64,000 nucleotides of DNA, taken from contig NC_086097.1 in the NCBI RefSeq assembly GCF_963921235.1, positions 84,508,001 through 84,572,000 of the forward strand, read 5' to 3'. Positions within the stretch are counted from its first letter, which is position 1. Each line of letters begins with the position of its first letter. Below, piece by piece: positions 63,629 through 64,000 of this stretch. A program made the position numbers and the translations under genes. The stretch comes from Mobula hypostoma (taxonomy: Eukaryota). A model generated the notes under the pieces. It was not told the origin of the DNA, ran no database searches, and worked only from the letters and a program-made list of their open reading frames with translations.

Positions 63629-64000
63629 AAGTGATATTATTTATTGATATTTATTTATATTTGCATTTGCATGGTTTATTGTCTTCTGGTTGATCTTTCA
63701 TTGATCCTGTTGCAGTTACTATTCTACAGATTTGTTGAGTAAGCTCATGAAATTCTGTTTGCTAAATCACACCTGCTCCAGCCACAGGCAGAGATGAAGT
63801 TACTTTATTGCTGCTGGTGCTGCTCATACCTGGTGCTCAGCACGACAGAACACAAAGAGAAATCAACATTTTTGAAGAATGTTGTCTTCTCCATAGCTTC
63901 ATCGGAATGTATCAGCTGGATCAGCCAATTGTGCTAAATGCTCTGTCTACTCCACCAAGCATTCCCACAAGTGTGTAATTCTATTCAAAACTAGAATTTA

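Overview
This is repeat-dense vertebrate genomic DNA with no intact host protein-coding gene that I can recognise. It is most likely from a cartilaginous fish, inferred from HE1/V-SINE-like, SacSINE/DeuSINE-like, HER1/CR1-like and Penelope repeats. Most of the window is nested, decayed transposons: a near full-length HERO-like RLE retrotransposon (5.7-9.5 kb), a young 5'-truncated Penelope with a hammerhead ribozyme (19.0-21.6 kb), a full-length Tigger/pogo (30.7-33.0 kb), hAT elements and MITEs, solo LTRs, a Gypsy integrase relic, and many CR1 and Rex1/Babar fragments. The most unusual signal is at 56815-56992: a 178-bp piece of ZFTRAF1/CYHR1 coding sequence in exact circular permutation. Joining its ends restores ...[22 protein letters not shown] in frame. 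It sits inside a short TSD-flanked RTE-like retroelement at the bottom of a five-level nest, which suggests capture of a small circular nucleic acid or double template switching. Family names come from recalled motifs, not database searches, and boundaries of decayed elements are approximate.
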